A stretch of 64,000 nucleotides of DNA, from positions 1-64,000 of the IMG/VR virus record IMGVR_UViG_3300030333_003802; one strand, 5' to 3'. The first letter of the stretch is position 1. Each line of letters begins with the position of its first letter. The notes under the pieces are model-generated. The model searched no databases, was not told where the DNA came from, and saw only the letters and a program-made list of their open reading frames with translations. The stretch comes from an uncultured virus (IMG/VR IMGVR_UViG_3300030333_003802). Taxonomy: Duplodnaviria > Heunggongvirae > Uroviricota > Caudoviricetes. The position numbers were made by a program, and so were the translations under genes. Shown here piece by piece: positions 27,901 to 38,482 of the stretch.

Positions 27901-28098
27901 TATATTGTGGAGTATGGTTAATCCTACTAACACAACTAGCGGACTTCACAATATATTTTAAAAGAGTTAATATTCCCTTCTCACAATACGCTTTAAAAGG
28001 AAGCGGGCAGGTAGACAATCCTGTTTACCCTTTAATAAACGTACGCAAATACAATTCGGTTGGCGCAGAATTGAAATATAACAGAGAAGGGAATATTA
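27899..28098 (+). ncRNA. Candidate structured RNA or origin: two adjacent elements each closed by a 15-bp stem
   Basis: 27899-27913/27943-27957 (one G:U) and perfect 27968-27982/28084-28098 enclosing three hairpins. Confidence 0.55.
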
Positions 28099-28113
28099 TC
28101 TATAGGGAGAATT

Positions 28114-28332
28114 ATGGAAGTTTCTAAATGGAATAAAATTATGGACACGTTTCAAGACTTACTTGGATGGGATAAAGGTATCACTGAAGTTATTGTGACT
28201 AAAAGATTATCTAAAATAGGTAGAAAGAGTATTATAGACTTAACAGATAGGGAAGAAAAATATCTTGTCCATATATTAAGAAAAAGATATAGGGAGTGTT
28301 TAGATGAGGTTGAGAGAAAAGATTCTAATTGA
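28114..28332 (+). CDS. Hypothetical protein
   Basis: GGGAG RBS. Confidence 0.6.
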   Translation: MEVSKWNKIMDTFQDLLGWDKGITEVIVTKRLSKIGRKSIIDLTDREEKYLVHILRKRYRECLDEVERKDSN

Positions 28333-28513
28333 CTTAAAGAGCAATAAAAATATATCTTCTAGTGAGTTGTGTCTAAAATACTTTATGTTTCCTTACTTTA
28401 TTAATAAAGAAATAAAGAAATTATATAGAGAAGGCAATAACATAACAGAAGTTAGGACACTTGGGAGGTATTATAAGCTCATTAGGGACAAAAATGGTAA
28501 ATATTACTGGTAA
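28304..28513 (+). CDS. Small protein, possibly winged-HTH
   Basis: REKILIDL..ISSSEL..IKKLYREGNNI..GRYYKL pattern. Confidence 0.4.
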   Translation: MRLREKILIDLKSNKNISSSELCLKYFMFPYFINKEIKKLYREGNNITEVRTLGRYYKLIRDKNGKYYW

Positions 28514-28624
28514 TTGACGAGGTTGCCCTTGTATGGACGAAGCACATATTAGTCGATAGTTATATCGAAAAACCAATTATAATCGCGTATAGGGGCATTC
28601 TCGAAAGAAAAATTTGGGAGAAGT

Positions 28625-29035
28625 ATGAAAAAAAATGAATTATTGATGTTAAAACAGTTAAATAAGCATTTTCCTCAAGATAAGCCTATTTTGTGTGGAA
28701 ATGAGTATCATAGATTTGATGCATATAATAATAATTATATAATTGAATTAAAATATAGGCATAAAATTTATGACGAATTTATTATTGAGTTTGATAAATA
28801 TGCTTATAATAAACTTTATGCGGAAATGTATGGAAAAAAATTTCTATATGCAGTAGGAGTAGAAGATGATATATTTATATTTAATATAAGCAATTTAGAT
28901 TCGTCTGGGTATAATTATAGGTGGGAAATGAGACCAATGCCTAAACAGACAGAATTTGACAAAAACTATGAAATAGATAAATTAGTAGGATATTTAGAAA
29001 GGTGGGCAGGCAAAGGAGTTAATGATGGCAAATAA
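28625..29035 (+). CDS. PD-(D/E)XK nuclease-like protein
   Basis: RFDAY...IIELKYR. Confidence 0.65.
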   Translation: MKKNELLMLKQLNKHFPQDKPILCGNEYHRFDAYNNNYIIELKYRHKIYDEFIIEFDKYAYNKLYAEMYGKKFLYAVGVEDDIFIFNISNLDSSGYNYRWEMRPMPKQTEFDKNYEIDKLVGYLERWAGKGVNDGK

Positions 29036-29402
29036 GTCAAAAGCAAAAGGAAATAGATTTGAAAAGGAGTGTTGTTCTGTAGCTGAAGAATATGGGTTTG
29101 CTGCAAAAAGAGCCTGGGGAAGCGACGGAAGAAGTATAGGTAAGTCTCCAGAGGTTGATATAGTTATAGAGTATAGCGACGTTGATGGATTGTTTGACAA
29201 TTCTATAGAATTAGATATACAATGCAAAGTTAGAAAGAGCATAGCTGAATATATTATACCACCAGACGATTGCGACTTTACTTTGATTAAACAAGATAGA
29301 GGTGAAATCTATGCTTGTATTAAATATGAAGAATTATTAAAATTAATTTTAGAAACATTTAACAAGGAGGGAAATATTGGAAATACCGAAGATGTCCTAT
29401 AA
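29022..29402 (+). CDS. Holliday junction resolvase (Hjc-like)
   Basis: SKAKGNRFEKE, VDIV, IQCK. Confidence 0.75.
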   Translation: MMANKSKAKGNRFEKECCSVAEEYGFAAKRAWGSDGRSIGKSPEVDIVIEYSDVDGLFDNSIELDIQCKVRKSIAEYIIPPDDCDFTLIKQDRGEIYACIKYEELLKLILETFNKEGNIGNTEDVL

Positions 29403-29778
29403 AGGATTAGACAGAGAAGAGATGAATTATGTGGACCCAGAAATATTTGAAAGGGATAAAGCAGAGTTTTTAAGTAAATATTATTATTTGAAACAAATAG
29501 ACCCTGAAGGGTACGAAGAATGGTTTGACCAAAAAGCAATTGATAAGTTTGTCCACGGATTAAAAGACCCTCATTATCAAGGACAGTTAAATGGAATTAA
29601 ATATAATGAAAAAACTTCCACGACAAGAGTTCCTACAAGATGTGAGAAATGTGGAAGAGCTTGGGCATATGAATATATGACTAAGTCTTTTGAATATAAC
29701 TTTTTAGACCCAGAAGTCTATACAAAAAATATACCTATGGAAAAAGGAGATTGTCACGAATGTAAGGAGGATAAATAA
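29377..29778 (+). CDS. Zn-binding hypothetical protein
   Basis: CEKC...CHEC. Confidence 0.55.
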   Translation: MEIPKMSYKGLDREEMNYVDPEIFERDKAEFLSKYYYLKQIDPEGYEEWFDQKAIDKFVHGLKDPHYQGQLNGIKYNEKTSTTRVPTRCEKCGRAWAYEYMTKSFEYNFLDPEVYTKNIPMEKGDCHECKEDK

Positions 29779-31089
29779 TGGTAGAACATACAGCATTAGC
29801 AATACATAGCTCTGAAAGCGAACAAGCTGTTTTAGGAGCAGTATTATTAGATGAGAGTTGTTATGACTTGGTTAAAGATTTTATACCCGAAACTGAAGTA
29901 TTCTATGATTTAAAGAATCAAAAGATTTGGGAAACAGTTGTAGATTTAAAAGCTGAAAATATACCAATAGATATTGTAAACGTTTCATCTAAGATAAATG
30001 GAATGACATATTATATGACTGGACTTGTAGATAAAGTTCCTACTACTGCTAACGTTGTATCTTATGCTAGGCAGTTAAATCAAGATTGGTTAAGACGAAA
30101 ATTAGTAAAGCAGTCTCAAGTTATAGCAAAAGAAGCTATTGATAACTNNNNNNNNNNTTGCAGGCGTTCAAGAAACTGCTACATCATTATTAAATTTAGA
30201 GCCTGGTCAAAAGTTTGATTTAGATATATTATTAAAAGATACAAAAGATTCTTTGTTTAGCCAAAGAAACCTTACCACTACTGGATTAAAAGCTTTGGAT
30301 AGCATAATATCTGGAATGACTAGGGGTGAAATCACTATATTTGCTGGACGACCAGGAAATGCGAAAACTACAACCGTTGCAAACATAGCGCGCAATCTTG
30401 TGTTGTCTGGCAAAAAGGTGGTTATGTTTAACAGAGAAATGCCTAATACTGAAATGATGAAAAAATTTATTTCTATGGAGGCAGATGGTATAACATATCA
30501 TATGTTAAGACATAATGCAGTCACTAATAAAGAATCAATTGAAAAAAGTTTAAATATTATTAAAGAAAAGTATACCGACAGACTATTTATGTTTGACAAT
30601 ATACGAAATTTAGATGGAACTTTTAGAGAGATACGTCGTATAAAACCAGATATAGTTATTGATGACCATATCGGTCTTATCGAGTATCCAAATAATGATA
30701 TGAGAGACTTAAGATTAAAAATTGGTGATACATCAAGAAGATATAAATGGTTGTGTAAATCAGAGGATATATCAGTTATTCTCGTATCACAACTGAATCG
30801 TAATATTGAGTATAGAACAGAGAGAATACCAAAACTTAGTGACCTTGCTGAATCTGGAAATTTAGAACAAGACGCAGAGATTGTAGCTTTTACACACTAC
30901 CCTTGGACTGTAGATTTTGAAAATGCTAAAAATGGTAGGTATGGATTAGATATAGTAGTTGCTAAAAATAGATATGGTTCTACTGGGAAAGCGAGTGTTG
31001 GATTTTCTCCAGATACTTGTACTTTATATGATACTCCAGAAGAGGCTGAAGCGTGTGACGCTCAGCCTATGGAAGATGTTCCTTTCTAA
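29778..31089 (+). CDS. dnaB: DnaB-like replicative helicase (split only by the N gap at 30148-30157)
   Basis: SEQAVLGAVL, VPTTANV, GRPGNAKT, SQLNR, SDLAESGNLEQDA, KNRYG. Confidence 0.92.
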
Positions 31090-31090
31090 A

Positions 31091-31645
31091 TTATTCTTTA
31101 GATTTTTTAATAACATCAATTATATCTTTACTGTTAAAACCTTTTTCATTTTTTAAGGTCTTAATTAAATCTAAATCTTCTTGTATAACTTCTTCAGCCA
31201 TCTCTTGCTGTTTTCTTAAACCTGGGTCCTTGTACCAATCTTGCATTCGTTTAATCTCTGCAGGGTCAGCGTCTACAACCCTTGTATCGCCTGCTTTAGA
31301 TGTCTTTTGATTTTTTCTTAAAATTTCAATAGCTTCTTCTTCGCTCATACCTGTATTTTTCATAAGATATTTCAAATCATCTATTTTTTTAATTCCAGCA
31401 AACATACCTATACCTGGAACCATTGCTCCTAGATTTAATAAAGAGTCTCCATATTGCTTGTTTGCCAAAGAATGAATTAAGGCTGTAGCGTCAGCTCCTA
31501 TTCCATATCCTGGAGCCATACCAGCAACACCTAGTGCAAGCTGTGTTTTCATATATTCGTCTAAAGCTCCTTTTGTAACTTCAGAATTTTTAGTTTCAAC
31601 ATTTTGATTTTGATTTTTAATTACTTCTATAATATCTTTTTTCAT
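31091..31645 (-). CDS. Last late gene; contains a pre-toxin-TG-like Gly-rich segment
   Basis: GMAPGYGIGADA..YGDSLLNLGAMVPGIG. Confidence 0.5.
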   Translation of the reverse strand: MKKDIIEVIKNQNQNVETKNSEVTKGALDEYMKTQLALGVAGMAPGYGIGADATALIHSLANKQYGDSLLNLGAMVPGIGMFAGIKKIDDLKYLMKNTGMSEEEAIEILRKNQKTSKAGDTRVVDADPAEIKRMQDWYKDPGLRKQQEMAEEVIQEDLDLIKTLKNEKGFNSKDIIDVIKKSKE

Positions 31646-34600
31646 TAAGGTCTCCAAGTTCTTTCTTTTTCACCAGCATCTTTTTCTAGCTTCTTTATAT
31701 ATCTGTTAAACATAACATTAGGAGCAAAGTCTTTTGGTGTTATTAACATTGACGGATATCCTAAATAAGATTCGTCTCTAAGTATCCATTTATTAGGGAT
31801 TACATCTTTAAGTGGAGCAGTTCCAATTCTTAAACCTTCCTCATTGTCAAATCCTAATCCCAGTCTTTCTATTTCGTAATATCCATAAGTTTTATTAAAA
31901 TTGTTCATTTGTTCTAAAGCTTGTTTACTTCTTCCTTGTTGTATAAGGTCTCTAATATACTCAACTTGTTCTCTTCTATATCCCATTATTCTATCTCTAG
32001 TCATTTCTTCTGTTTCTAATGCTTTTCTAACAAATCTTGAAGGAATACCACCGAACATAGGAGATAATTTTTTAGCTCCTTTTCTTAAAGGTATATCCCA
32101 AGTATTTAAAGAGTCATAGTCTTTAGTATATCCATCCCAAACTTCTCCTACTGAATCCCACATTCTAAAAATATCATCTGCAATTACTGGAGTAATAAAG
32201 AAGTCAACAGCGTCCATAGGGTCTTCGTCTGACAAAACATCTCCTAAAACACCTAAAGCTCCAACATTTGAGTATGCATTAACAAGGTCATTCCAACCTA
32301 TTTCGTTAGGAGAATCCATAGTCAACAATTTAGCTCTATTTCTTTTACCAAAATACTGTTCTTCTCCAGTTAAAATTCTCTGATATTGGTCTTTAGCCCA
32401 CATAACAAATTGACCTCCAAGGAAACCTCCTGCGGCTAACTGTAATAAAGGCATAACATTTCCATATGCTAGTTGTTCTGTAACTTCTCTTTTAACTAAC
32501 TGAGCTTGTCTATATCCAAATCTTTTAAATAAAAACATAGATTTCCAAACAGGGTCATTAAAAATAAAAGGGTCTCTAATAAAACTTCTTTGTTGCTGTG
32601 TGTCTACAGCAAAACTAGTCATACCTCTCAAAACTTTCTTTCTAAAAGCTCTTTGTGCAGCTGAGTTCATATCGTATTTTCTATTTATAATATTGTCACC
32701 ATATTTTAAAACTTCTTTTTCTGAAATTCCCATTTTTTTCATTTGGTCGATAGCCCATTTTCTTCTCTGATTTGGGGCGATAGAATCTAAAATACCTAAT
32801 CCAGTCTTATCTCCTTTAATTATTCTTGAAAACTTAACCATTAGATTTTCTGCGGTTGCTGCAGATATTAATGAATTTATGTGATTTATTTTTTGGAATC
32901 CACTCCATTTTGCAGATTTTTGAGCCATAAAAGAAATAGCGTCTCTATAATGCATCTCTCCTTTACCTGTTAATAGCTTAAAAGCAACTTCTCCCGTAGG
33001 AGTTTTATCAAGAAGTCTTGCTGCGGCACCAGTTTGAAGGTTTGGATTTGAAGATAACATATCGTCAAACGCAGACATAATAACCGAACCAGAATCTTGT
33101 ACCCACTGACGAATACTTCCTTGGTTTCCTTTAGAAGAATTTATAGCCAAATCAATAGTAGCTTTCATTCCAGACATAGGGCTTTTTAACATAGAAGATA
33201 TCATCACCTGAGTTAAATTTGGAATAACAGCAAAACCACTAGCTATCTTAAATGTCATTTCTAGGTTAGCAGCAGTCTGAAATATTTTAGAAGCTAATAA
33301 AGGATTTTTAAAATTTACATCACCAAGGAAAATATCTCTTTGCGTTTCTACTGCTGTTCTTTCCAACGTTTTCATTTCAAATCTTCCTTCTTTAAATCCA
33401 GGGAAATTAATACCTGCAATTTTTTTAGTTGGGTCAATTTTACTTATAAGGTGATTTAAAAATTCATAATTTGCTCCAAAAGCTTTAGCCATTTCTATTC
33501 TTTTTGTAGAACCTGCTGTATATTCATATCCTAATCTAGCCAAATCTTTTTCAAAGAGTTCGGTAGCAGAGCTAAAAAGCGTAGCGTTAAAATCGTTTGT
33601 TGTTATTCCGCTTTTTCCTAACGTTCTTGACCTTTCAAGTGGAGCAAAAACTTTTTCTGTATTATTATGAAAACCTTGTTTCATCGCCATAATGACTTCA
33701 AACTCATCTGGTTTTCTTCCTTCGCGAGCAAATTGTTCTTCCAATTTTTTAAATATTGCTGAAAAACTATTTTTATCTTCACCTTTAGCTTTTACTTTTT
33801 TATCAAATTTCTCAACAATTGCTCTAATTTCTCGGTTAATATTTTTTTGCAGTTCTCCACTATATCCGTCCATATTAGGAACAATTCCCGCTCCTAAAAG
33901 GTCAGAGATTTTATCATCAACCTCTTTCATAGGTTGAAACAAAATATCTAATATTGGTTTTCTTATCATATTAGGAACATAAAAATCTACATAAGAAGCA
34001 ACCTTAATACCAGACATTTTTGCGTCTTCGTATATACTGTCGGTATATTTTTTCCATCCTTTAAGAAAATCTACTTTTAATTGTTGTTTTTCAAGAGCTT
34101 CTCCTGTTAATTTTTTAAGCTTAAGTTCTTCAGCTTTCATAGCTTTGGTAAAAAATGCTTTTTGTTTTCCAGGGTCTAATTTTCTGGCTTCTGTTGCCAT
34201 AGTACTAAACCAAGTAAACGCAGAATCTCCAGTATTAACACCAGAATACCAGTCTTTAAACCAAGCTTTATTAGCAGAGCTTGCATTATCTGCTATGCCA
34301 AAGAGCTCATCTAACATTCTATATCTTTCAGAAGTTTTGTTTCTAGCTCCCATATCTGTTTCTTCAAGCATTCTAATAGCTTTTTTTGCATATAAATCAT
34401 CTACGGCTTCATAACCTGGTTTTAACCAAGCAAACATTTTAGAGAAAACGCCTCTTTCTGAGTTTGGAACTGCAGCGTGATTATGTAATGATAGCTTATT
34501 ATATTCTGGATAGTATTTTTCTAAACTAAGTCTTATGTGTTTAGCATCATCAATTCTTCTACCAAGCATAGCTTTTTCAGCAGGAGTTAAGTCTTTGGAA

Positions 34601-36198
34601 GTAATCTCTCCTTTTTTATTTAATAATTTTTTAAGTCTAGTGTTTCCAGCGTTAATTAAAGACTGTATTCCTTCGTCCCAATCTTTTTTAGTAAGTCCTT
34701 CCCTACTTTTTCCTTTAAATCCTCTTCCATAACCAATACCTTTAGATTTGTTCTCCCAAGATTCTATAAGTTTAGTTAGTCTAACTTTTTCAAACTTCTT
34801 CCCTTTTGTAGGTCCTTGTCTTTTTACAAGCTCTCTATAAGCTCTAGGGTCTTCAACATAATGTTCTAAAACTTTCATTGAATTTTTAGCATCTAACCTA
34901 ATTACAGCTGGCTTACTACCTGGACCTTTACCTGGACCTCTTCCCACCTTAACATCAAAAGTAACTGTACCATCTTTTTTCCATTTTATACTATCTGGAA
35001 CTATGTCTAAATTTCTAGAATTTAATTCTGTCTTCGGTATAGGTCCTTTTTTACCAGCGTCTTTTAATTTCTGTTCTAATGCAACATCTACTCCTTTAAT
35101 AACAGGGCCAGCTTCATCAACTAAAGGAACCATTGAAATTGCTTGTTTTCTAGCTGACTCTTCAGCTACCTCTTTTCTCATTTTTTTCTCAAATGCTTTA
35201 TCAAATTCTTTTGATAATTTTCCTTGATGAGCTCCTCTAATTTTTTGAGTTACTGAGCCTGGAAGACTTAATGCACCAACTATACCAGCAGACATAATAA
35301 TATCAGAAAGGCCTGGAGCTCTTCCTTCATAGACTACTGGAGAAGCTGCTCCAAAAGCAAGCCCTTCAAACATAAATCCAGCAGGTTGACTACCCTTTGT
35401 GTGAGGTCCTCTTAAAAACCATCTACCAGTTCTAGCCGTACCACCTAATATTCCCAATCCAAAACCTTTAGCATAATCTTTAGGGTCTGATACTTTTAAG
35501 ACTTCTTTCATTGCAGCGCCCCAAAGTTCAGCTCCTTCCTTTCCTTTAAATTCTTTTTTCTCCCTAAGTCTTTCGTCATTTCCAGACATAATAATATCAT
35601 CTCTAACTTCTCTTGCAGCTTTATATAATCCGTCGTGAGCACCTAAAAGAGTTGCTTGTTGTATTCCTATGTTAGCAACATCATCAATAACTTCTTTAGC
35701 TTGTTCTTTTGAAAGTTTTCCGCCTCTTGTTAAAACAGTCGATGCTCTTTTTTTACTTAAAGCACTAACAATTTGTTTACCAGCAGTTTTTTGAACAACT
35801 CCTTTAGCAATCGTTCCTGTTCCAAGAGTCGCAGCCATTAAACCTAAGTCTTCCTTTGAGGCAAAGAAAGATAAAAGACCTGCAGCCAAATCTCTTTTCA
35901 TACTTGGAGGTGCCGCACTTATATCATAATACTTTTTTCCAGTCATTATTTCGTGCATCATTCCGCCTAAAGATTCATTATAAGCTTGTTTATAAACCAA
36001 TGGCATAGAATCCCAAAAACCTTCTTTTTCTGATTCTACCTCTTCTGGAGTTAGGTCTTCAGTGATTTTTGCAAGACTATTATTTTCTTCGTCATCATCA
36101 AAAAGACCTGAGACTACATTTCCTTGATTAGCAATTATTTGATTTCCTACAATCTGTTCATCGTCAAACAGACCTTTGATTATGTTATCTTGAGGCAT
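31645..36198 (-). CDS. Large internal virion/ejection protein (1517 aa)
   Basis: Size, helical composition, end of podovirus-like structural operon. Confidence 0.65.
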   Translation of the reverse strand: MPQDNIIKGLFDDEQIVGNQIIANQGNVVSGLFDDDEENNSLAKITEDLTPEEVESEKEGFWDSMPLVYKQAYNESLGGMMHEIMTGKKYYDISAAPPSMKRDLAAGLLSFFASKEDLGLMAATLGTGTIAKGVVQKTAGKQIVSALSKKRASTVLTRGGKLSKEQAKEVIDDVANIGIQQATLLGAHDGLYKAAREVRDDIIMSGNDERLREKKEFKGKEGAELWGAAMKEVLKVSDPKDYAKGFGLGILGGTARTGRWFLRGPHTKGSQPAGFMFEGLAFGAASPVVYEGRAPGLSDIIMSAGIVGALSLPGSVTQKIRGAHQGKLSKEFDKAFEKKMRKEVAEESARKQAISMVPLVDEAGPVIKGVDVALEQKLKDAGKKGPIPKTELNSRNLDIVPDSIKWKKDGTVTFDVKVGRGPGKGPGSKPAVIRLDAKNSMKVLEHYVEDPRAYRELVKRQGPTKGKKFEKVRLTKLIESWENKSKGIGYGRGFKGKSREGLTKKDWDEGIQSLINAGNTRLKKLLNKKGEITSKDLTPAEKAMLGRRIDDAKHIRLSLEKYYPEYNKLSLHNHAAVPNSERGVFSKMFAWLKPGYEAVDDLYAKKAIRMLEETDMGARNKTSERYRMLDELFGIADNASSANKAWFKDWYSGVNTGDSAFTWFSTMATEARKLDPGKQKAFFTKAMKAEELKLKKLTGEALEKQQLKVDFLKGWKKYTDSIYEDAKMSGIKVASYVDFYVPNMIRKPILDILFQPMKEVDDKISDLLGAGIVPNMDGYSGELQKNINREIRAIVEKFDKKVKAKGEDKNSFSAIFKKLEEQFAREGRKPDEFEVIMAMKQGFHNNTEKVFAPLERSRTLGKSGITTNDFNATLFSSATELFEKDLARLGYEYTAGSTKRIEMAKAFGANYEFLNHLISKIDPTKKIAGINFPGFKEGRFEMKTLERTAVETQRDIFLGDVNFKNPLLASKIFQTAANLEMTFKIASGFAVIPNLTQVMISSMLKSPMSGMKATIDLAINSSKGNQGSIRQWVQDSGSVIMSAFDDMLSSNPNLQTGAAARLLDKTPTGEVAFKLLTGKGEMHYRDAISFMAQKSAKWSGFQKINHINSLISAATAENLMVKFSRIIKGDKTGLGILDSIAPNQRRKWAIDQMKKMGISEKEVLKYGDNIINRKYDMNSAAQRAFRKKVLRGMTSFAVDTQQQRSFIRDPFIFNDPVWKSMFLFKRFGYRQAQLVKREVTEQLAYGNVMPLLQLAAGGFLGGQFVMWAKDQYQRILTGEEQYFGKRNRAKLLTMDSPNEIGWNDLVNAYSNVGALGVLGDVLSDEDPMDAVDFFITPVIADDIFRMWDSVGEVWDGYTKDYDSLNTWDIPLRKGAKKLSPMFGGIPSRFVRKALETEEMTRDRIMGYRREQVEYIRDLIQQGRSKQALEQMNNFNKTYGYYEIERLGLGFDNEEGLRIGTAPLKDVIPNKWILRDESYLGYPSMLITPKDFAPNVMFNRYIKKLEKDAGEKERTWRP

Positions 36199-36199
36199 A

Positions 36200-38482
36200 T
36201 TAGATACTTCCTGATGCTAACATTTGTTGTTGTTCAGCGTTCATCATAGGAGCTAATTTTACTTCATATAAACCAGTTTTTGAATTAAAGATAAGTGATA
36301 AATTTACACCATATTTGTTTTCGTGTTCTAATATCTTTTTCTCAACGTTTTTTCTCTGAGTATCTACATTTTTATTTGCGCTTGAAAGGTTTCGGTCATA
36401 ACTTTTCTGTTTAGATTCTTGAGTCTGCCCAGGGTATCCTTCAACGCCTTTGTCCTGGACTTTTTTGACCGACAAAAGATTTTTATTTAATTGATAAAGC
36501 GGTCCAGATGTATACTCCCAATCCTTTTCAGGGCTATTAATTGTAACTCCTCGGTTTTTATTTTCTTTACCGTACATAGTTAAATACTGAACGTAATTAT
36601 TTCTTTCACCCCAAAAAGCATTACTTAATCTTAATCCAACATTTTTAAACCCTCTACCAAATTCTCCCATATATCCTATAGGAGTTTGTTCTCTTCTTTC
36701 CAAGAAAGCAGCTTCCATTTCATCTGGGTCTCCGTATATTTGAACAAGCTCTTGCTGTCTCATATTTGCATCTGGTTGACTTTCTGTCGCTCCATATGTT
36801 GATACTACGTCAGAAGTAACAGTTAAATCTGTATCAATTTCTTCTACCTCAACTGAGTCATCTACTTGTTGGTCTACTTGGTCTACTTGGTCCACTTGGT
36901 CTACTTGAGCGTCTTGGTCTACTTGGTCTACTTGAGCATCTTTCTTAGGTAATGTTTCTCCAGGAGTATCTTTAATGTTTTCTTGTTCAGCTATAATGCC
37001 TTTTATTCTTTCAACATCTATAGTATTGTTATCTAATACCAACCCTGAGTCAAGTAAGTATTTTAAAACGTCATTTGACACAGTCGAATCTCCTAGATTA
37101 ATTTCATTTCCGTCATCATCTACTAATGTACCTAAATTTTTCAATGATTCTTTTTGTTCCATTATTTCAGATTGATTAAATTCGTAACCAGCATTTTTAA
37201 AAAATGTTTCATCTTCCGTTGGAGTTAATTTAGTTTCTGTTTCTTTTTTTGTTTTGTCGGAAATATCGCCTTTTAATCCAGGGAATTGTCTATCAAGAGC
37301 TGATTCAAGATAACCAAATTCAAGCATATCAGCTTTAATTGCTTTCCTTGAAAGCATTTGATAACTTTGAAATTTAGCTGGGTTTTCTAGCTTAAGTGCT
37401 TCTAATGTTCCTTTTTCTGCCGCTTCAACAACTTTTTTGTGATAATCTCCAAAACCTGCGGCTTCATAGTCTACTAGAGTTCGCTGTGAAAAAACATAAA
37501 ACCCGTCCTTAACCATCATATCTTGAGCTTGAGTTCCCATCTTGCCCATTTGAGTTCTCATTAAATCAGGTGTACCAAATTCGTTCCTAACATTAAATAG
37601 ATATTCCTGACGCTTATTCTTATTGGCTTCTCTATACGTCTTTTCGTATCTAGCTTTAACCATATTGTCTAATTCTGTTTTAACCGCATTATATTCTGGA
37701 CTTCCTATCGTTTTACCAGCCAGTTTAGCAGACATCAATGCATATGACTGGTCGTCTTTAAATGTGTCTCTAACTTTTTTTACGCCATCTGGGTCTGTCT
37801 CGAAAGAATCTTTCCTTACCTCTTTTCCGTATTTCGCCAAGCTACCGAAAACTGTTGCATCTAATGCTGCTGTTGCTAAACCTGCATATTTCGGGTCTTG
37901 AGAAAGAGATTTTTCATCAAGGAAATCAATAATATCTGTATTTACTTTACTTCCTACAGGAAAAGCGTCTTGGTTTTGATAAAATTTAGTAACTGCTAAA
38001 TTAATATCTTCTTTAGTAGATGCAGGATTAGTTAAACCGCCCCACACCTCTTTTCTTAGATTTGAATCTTTAGCTACTTTTGCACCAGTGTCTAAGTCAA
38101 TTTTAAATGTTGTAATGTGGTCATCTATATTTATACCTCTTTTCGTAAAGTCTAAAGTCATAGCATCATATCCCGCTTGTAATATAGAATCACCTCTGCC
38201 TTCATTTCCTAGTAACCATTGTTCTTCAGCAGACTCATAAATAGATTTATAGTCATCTTTTTGGGTACCTATCCAACTGTCTAAAGCTTGTTCTTTTCTT
38301 AAATCTAAAGACTCTTTACTTAAAGTATTTTGAATTAAATCTTGTTGTTTTTTATATTCTAAAGCTTCGTCTTCTCTTCTGCGGTCGGACCTAGCTTGAA
38401 TAAGTCTAGGCAAAGTGTCATTTAAAAATCTGTCTACAGCTGTTTCTCCAGCTGTTCTTGGGTATAGTGGGTTTCTAGCCAT
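36200..38482 (-). CDS. Putative internal virion/ejection protein (760 aa)
   Basis: Position; QVD repeat linker. Confidence 0.55.
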   Translation of the reverse strand: MARNPLYPRTAGETAVDRFLNDTLPRLIQARSDRRREDEALEYKKQQDLIQNTLSKESLDLRKEQALDSWIGTQKDDYKSIYESAEEQWLLGNEGRGDSILQAGYDAMTLDFTKRGINIDDHITTFKIDLDTGAKVAKDSNLRKEVWGGLTNPASTKEDINLAVTKFYQNQDAFPVGSKVNTDIIDFLDEKSLSQDPKYAGLATAALDATVFGSLAKYGKEVRKDSFETDPDGVKKVRDTFKDDQSYALMSAKLAGKTIGSPEYNAVKTELDNMVKARYEKTYREANKNKRQEYLFNVRNEFGTPDLMRTQMGKMGTQAQDMMVKDGFYVFSQRTLVDYEAAGFGDYHKKVVEAAEKGTLEALKLENPAKFQSYQMLSRKAIKADMLEFGYLESALDRQFPGLKGDISDKTKKETETKLTPTEDETFFKNAGYEFNQSEIMEQKESLKNLGTLVDDDGNEINLGDSTVSNDVLKYLLDSGLVLDNNTIDVERIKGIIAEQENIKDTPGETLPKKDAQVDQVDQDAQVDQVDQVDQVDQQVDDSVEVEEIDTDLTVTSDVVSTYGATESQPDANMRQQELVQIYGDPDEMEAAFLERREQTPIGYMGEFGRGFKNVGLRLSNAFWGERNNYVQYLTMYGKENKNRGVTINSPEKDWEYTSGPLYQLNKNLLSVKKVQDKGVEGYPGQTQESKQKSYDRNLSSANKNVDTQRKNVEKKILEHENKYGVNLSLIFNSKTGLYEVKLAPMMNAEQQQMLASGSI
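36861..36940 (-). repeat. 9-bp tandem coding repeat (QVD)n
   Basis: (TTGGTCTAC)n; DAQVDQVDQDAQVDQVDQVDQVDQQVD. Confidence 0.85.

Noticed and set aside
27968..28098. tRNA
   Set aside because: Too long, no TTC(G/A)A T-loop or CCA end in the proper place
29778..31089. DnaB as frameshifted pseudogene or intron/intein-split gene
   Set aside because: Frame change coincides with the 10-N placeholder gap
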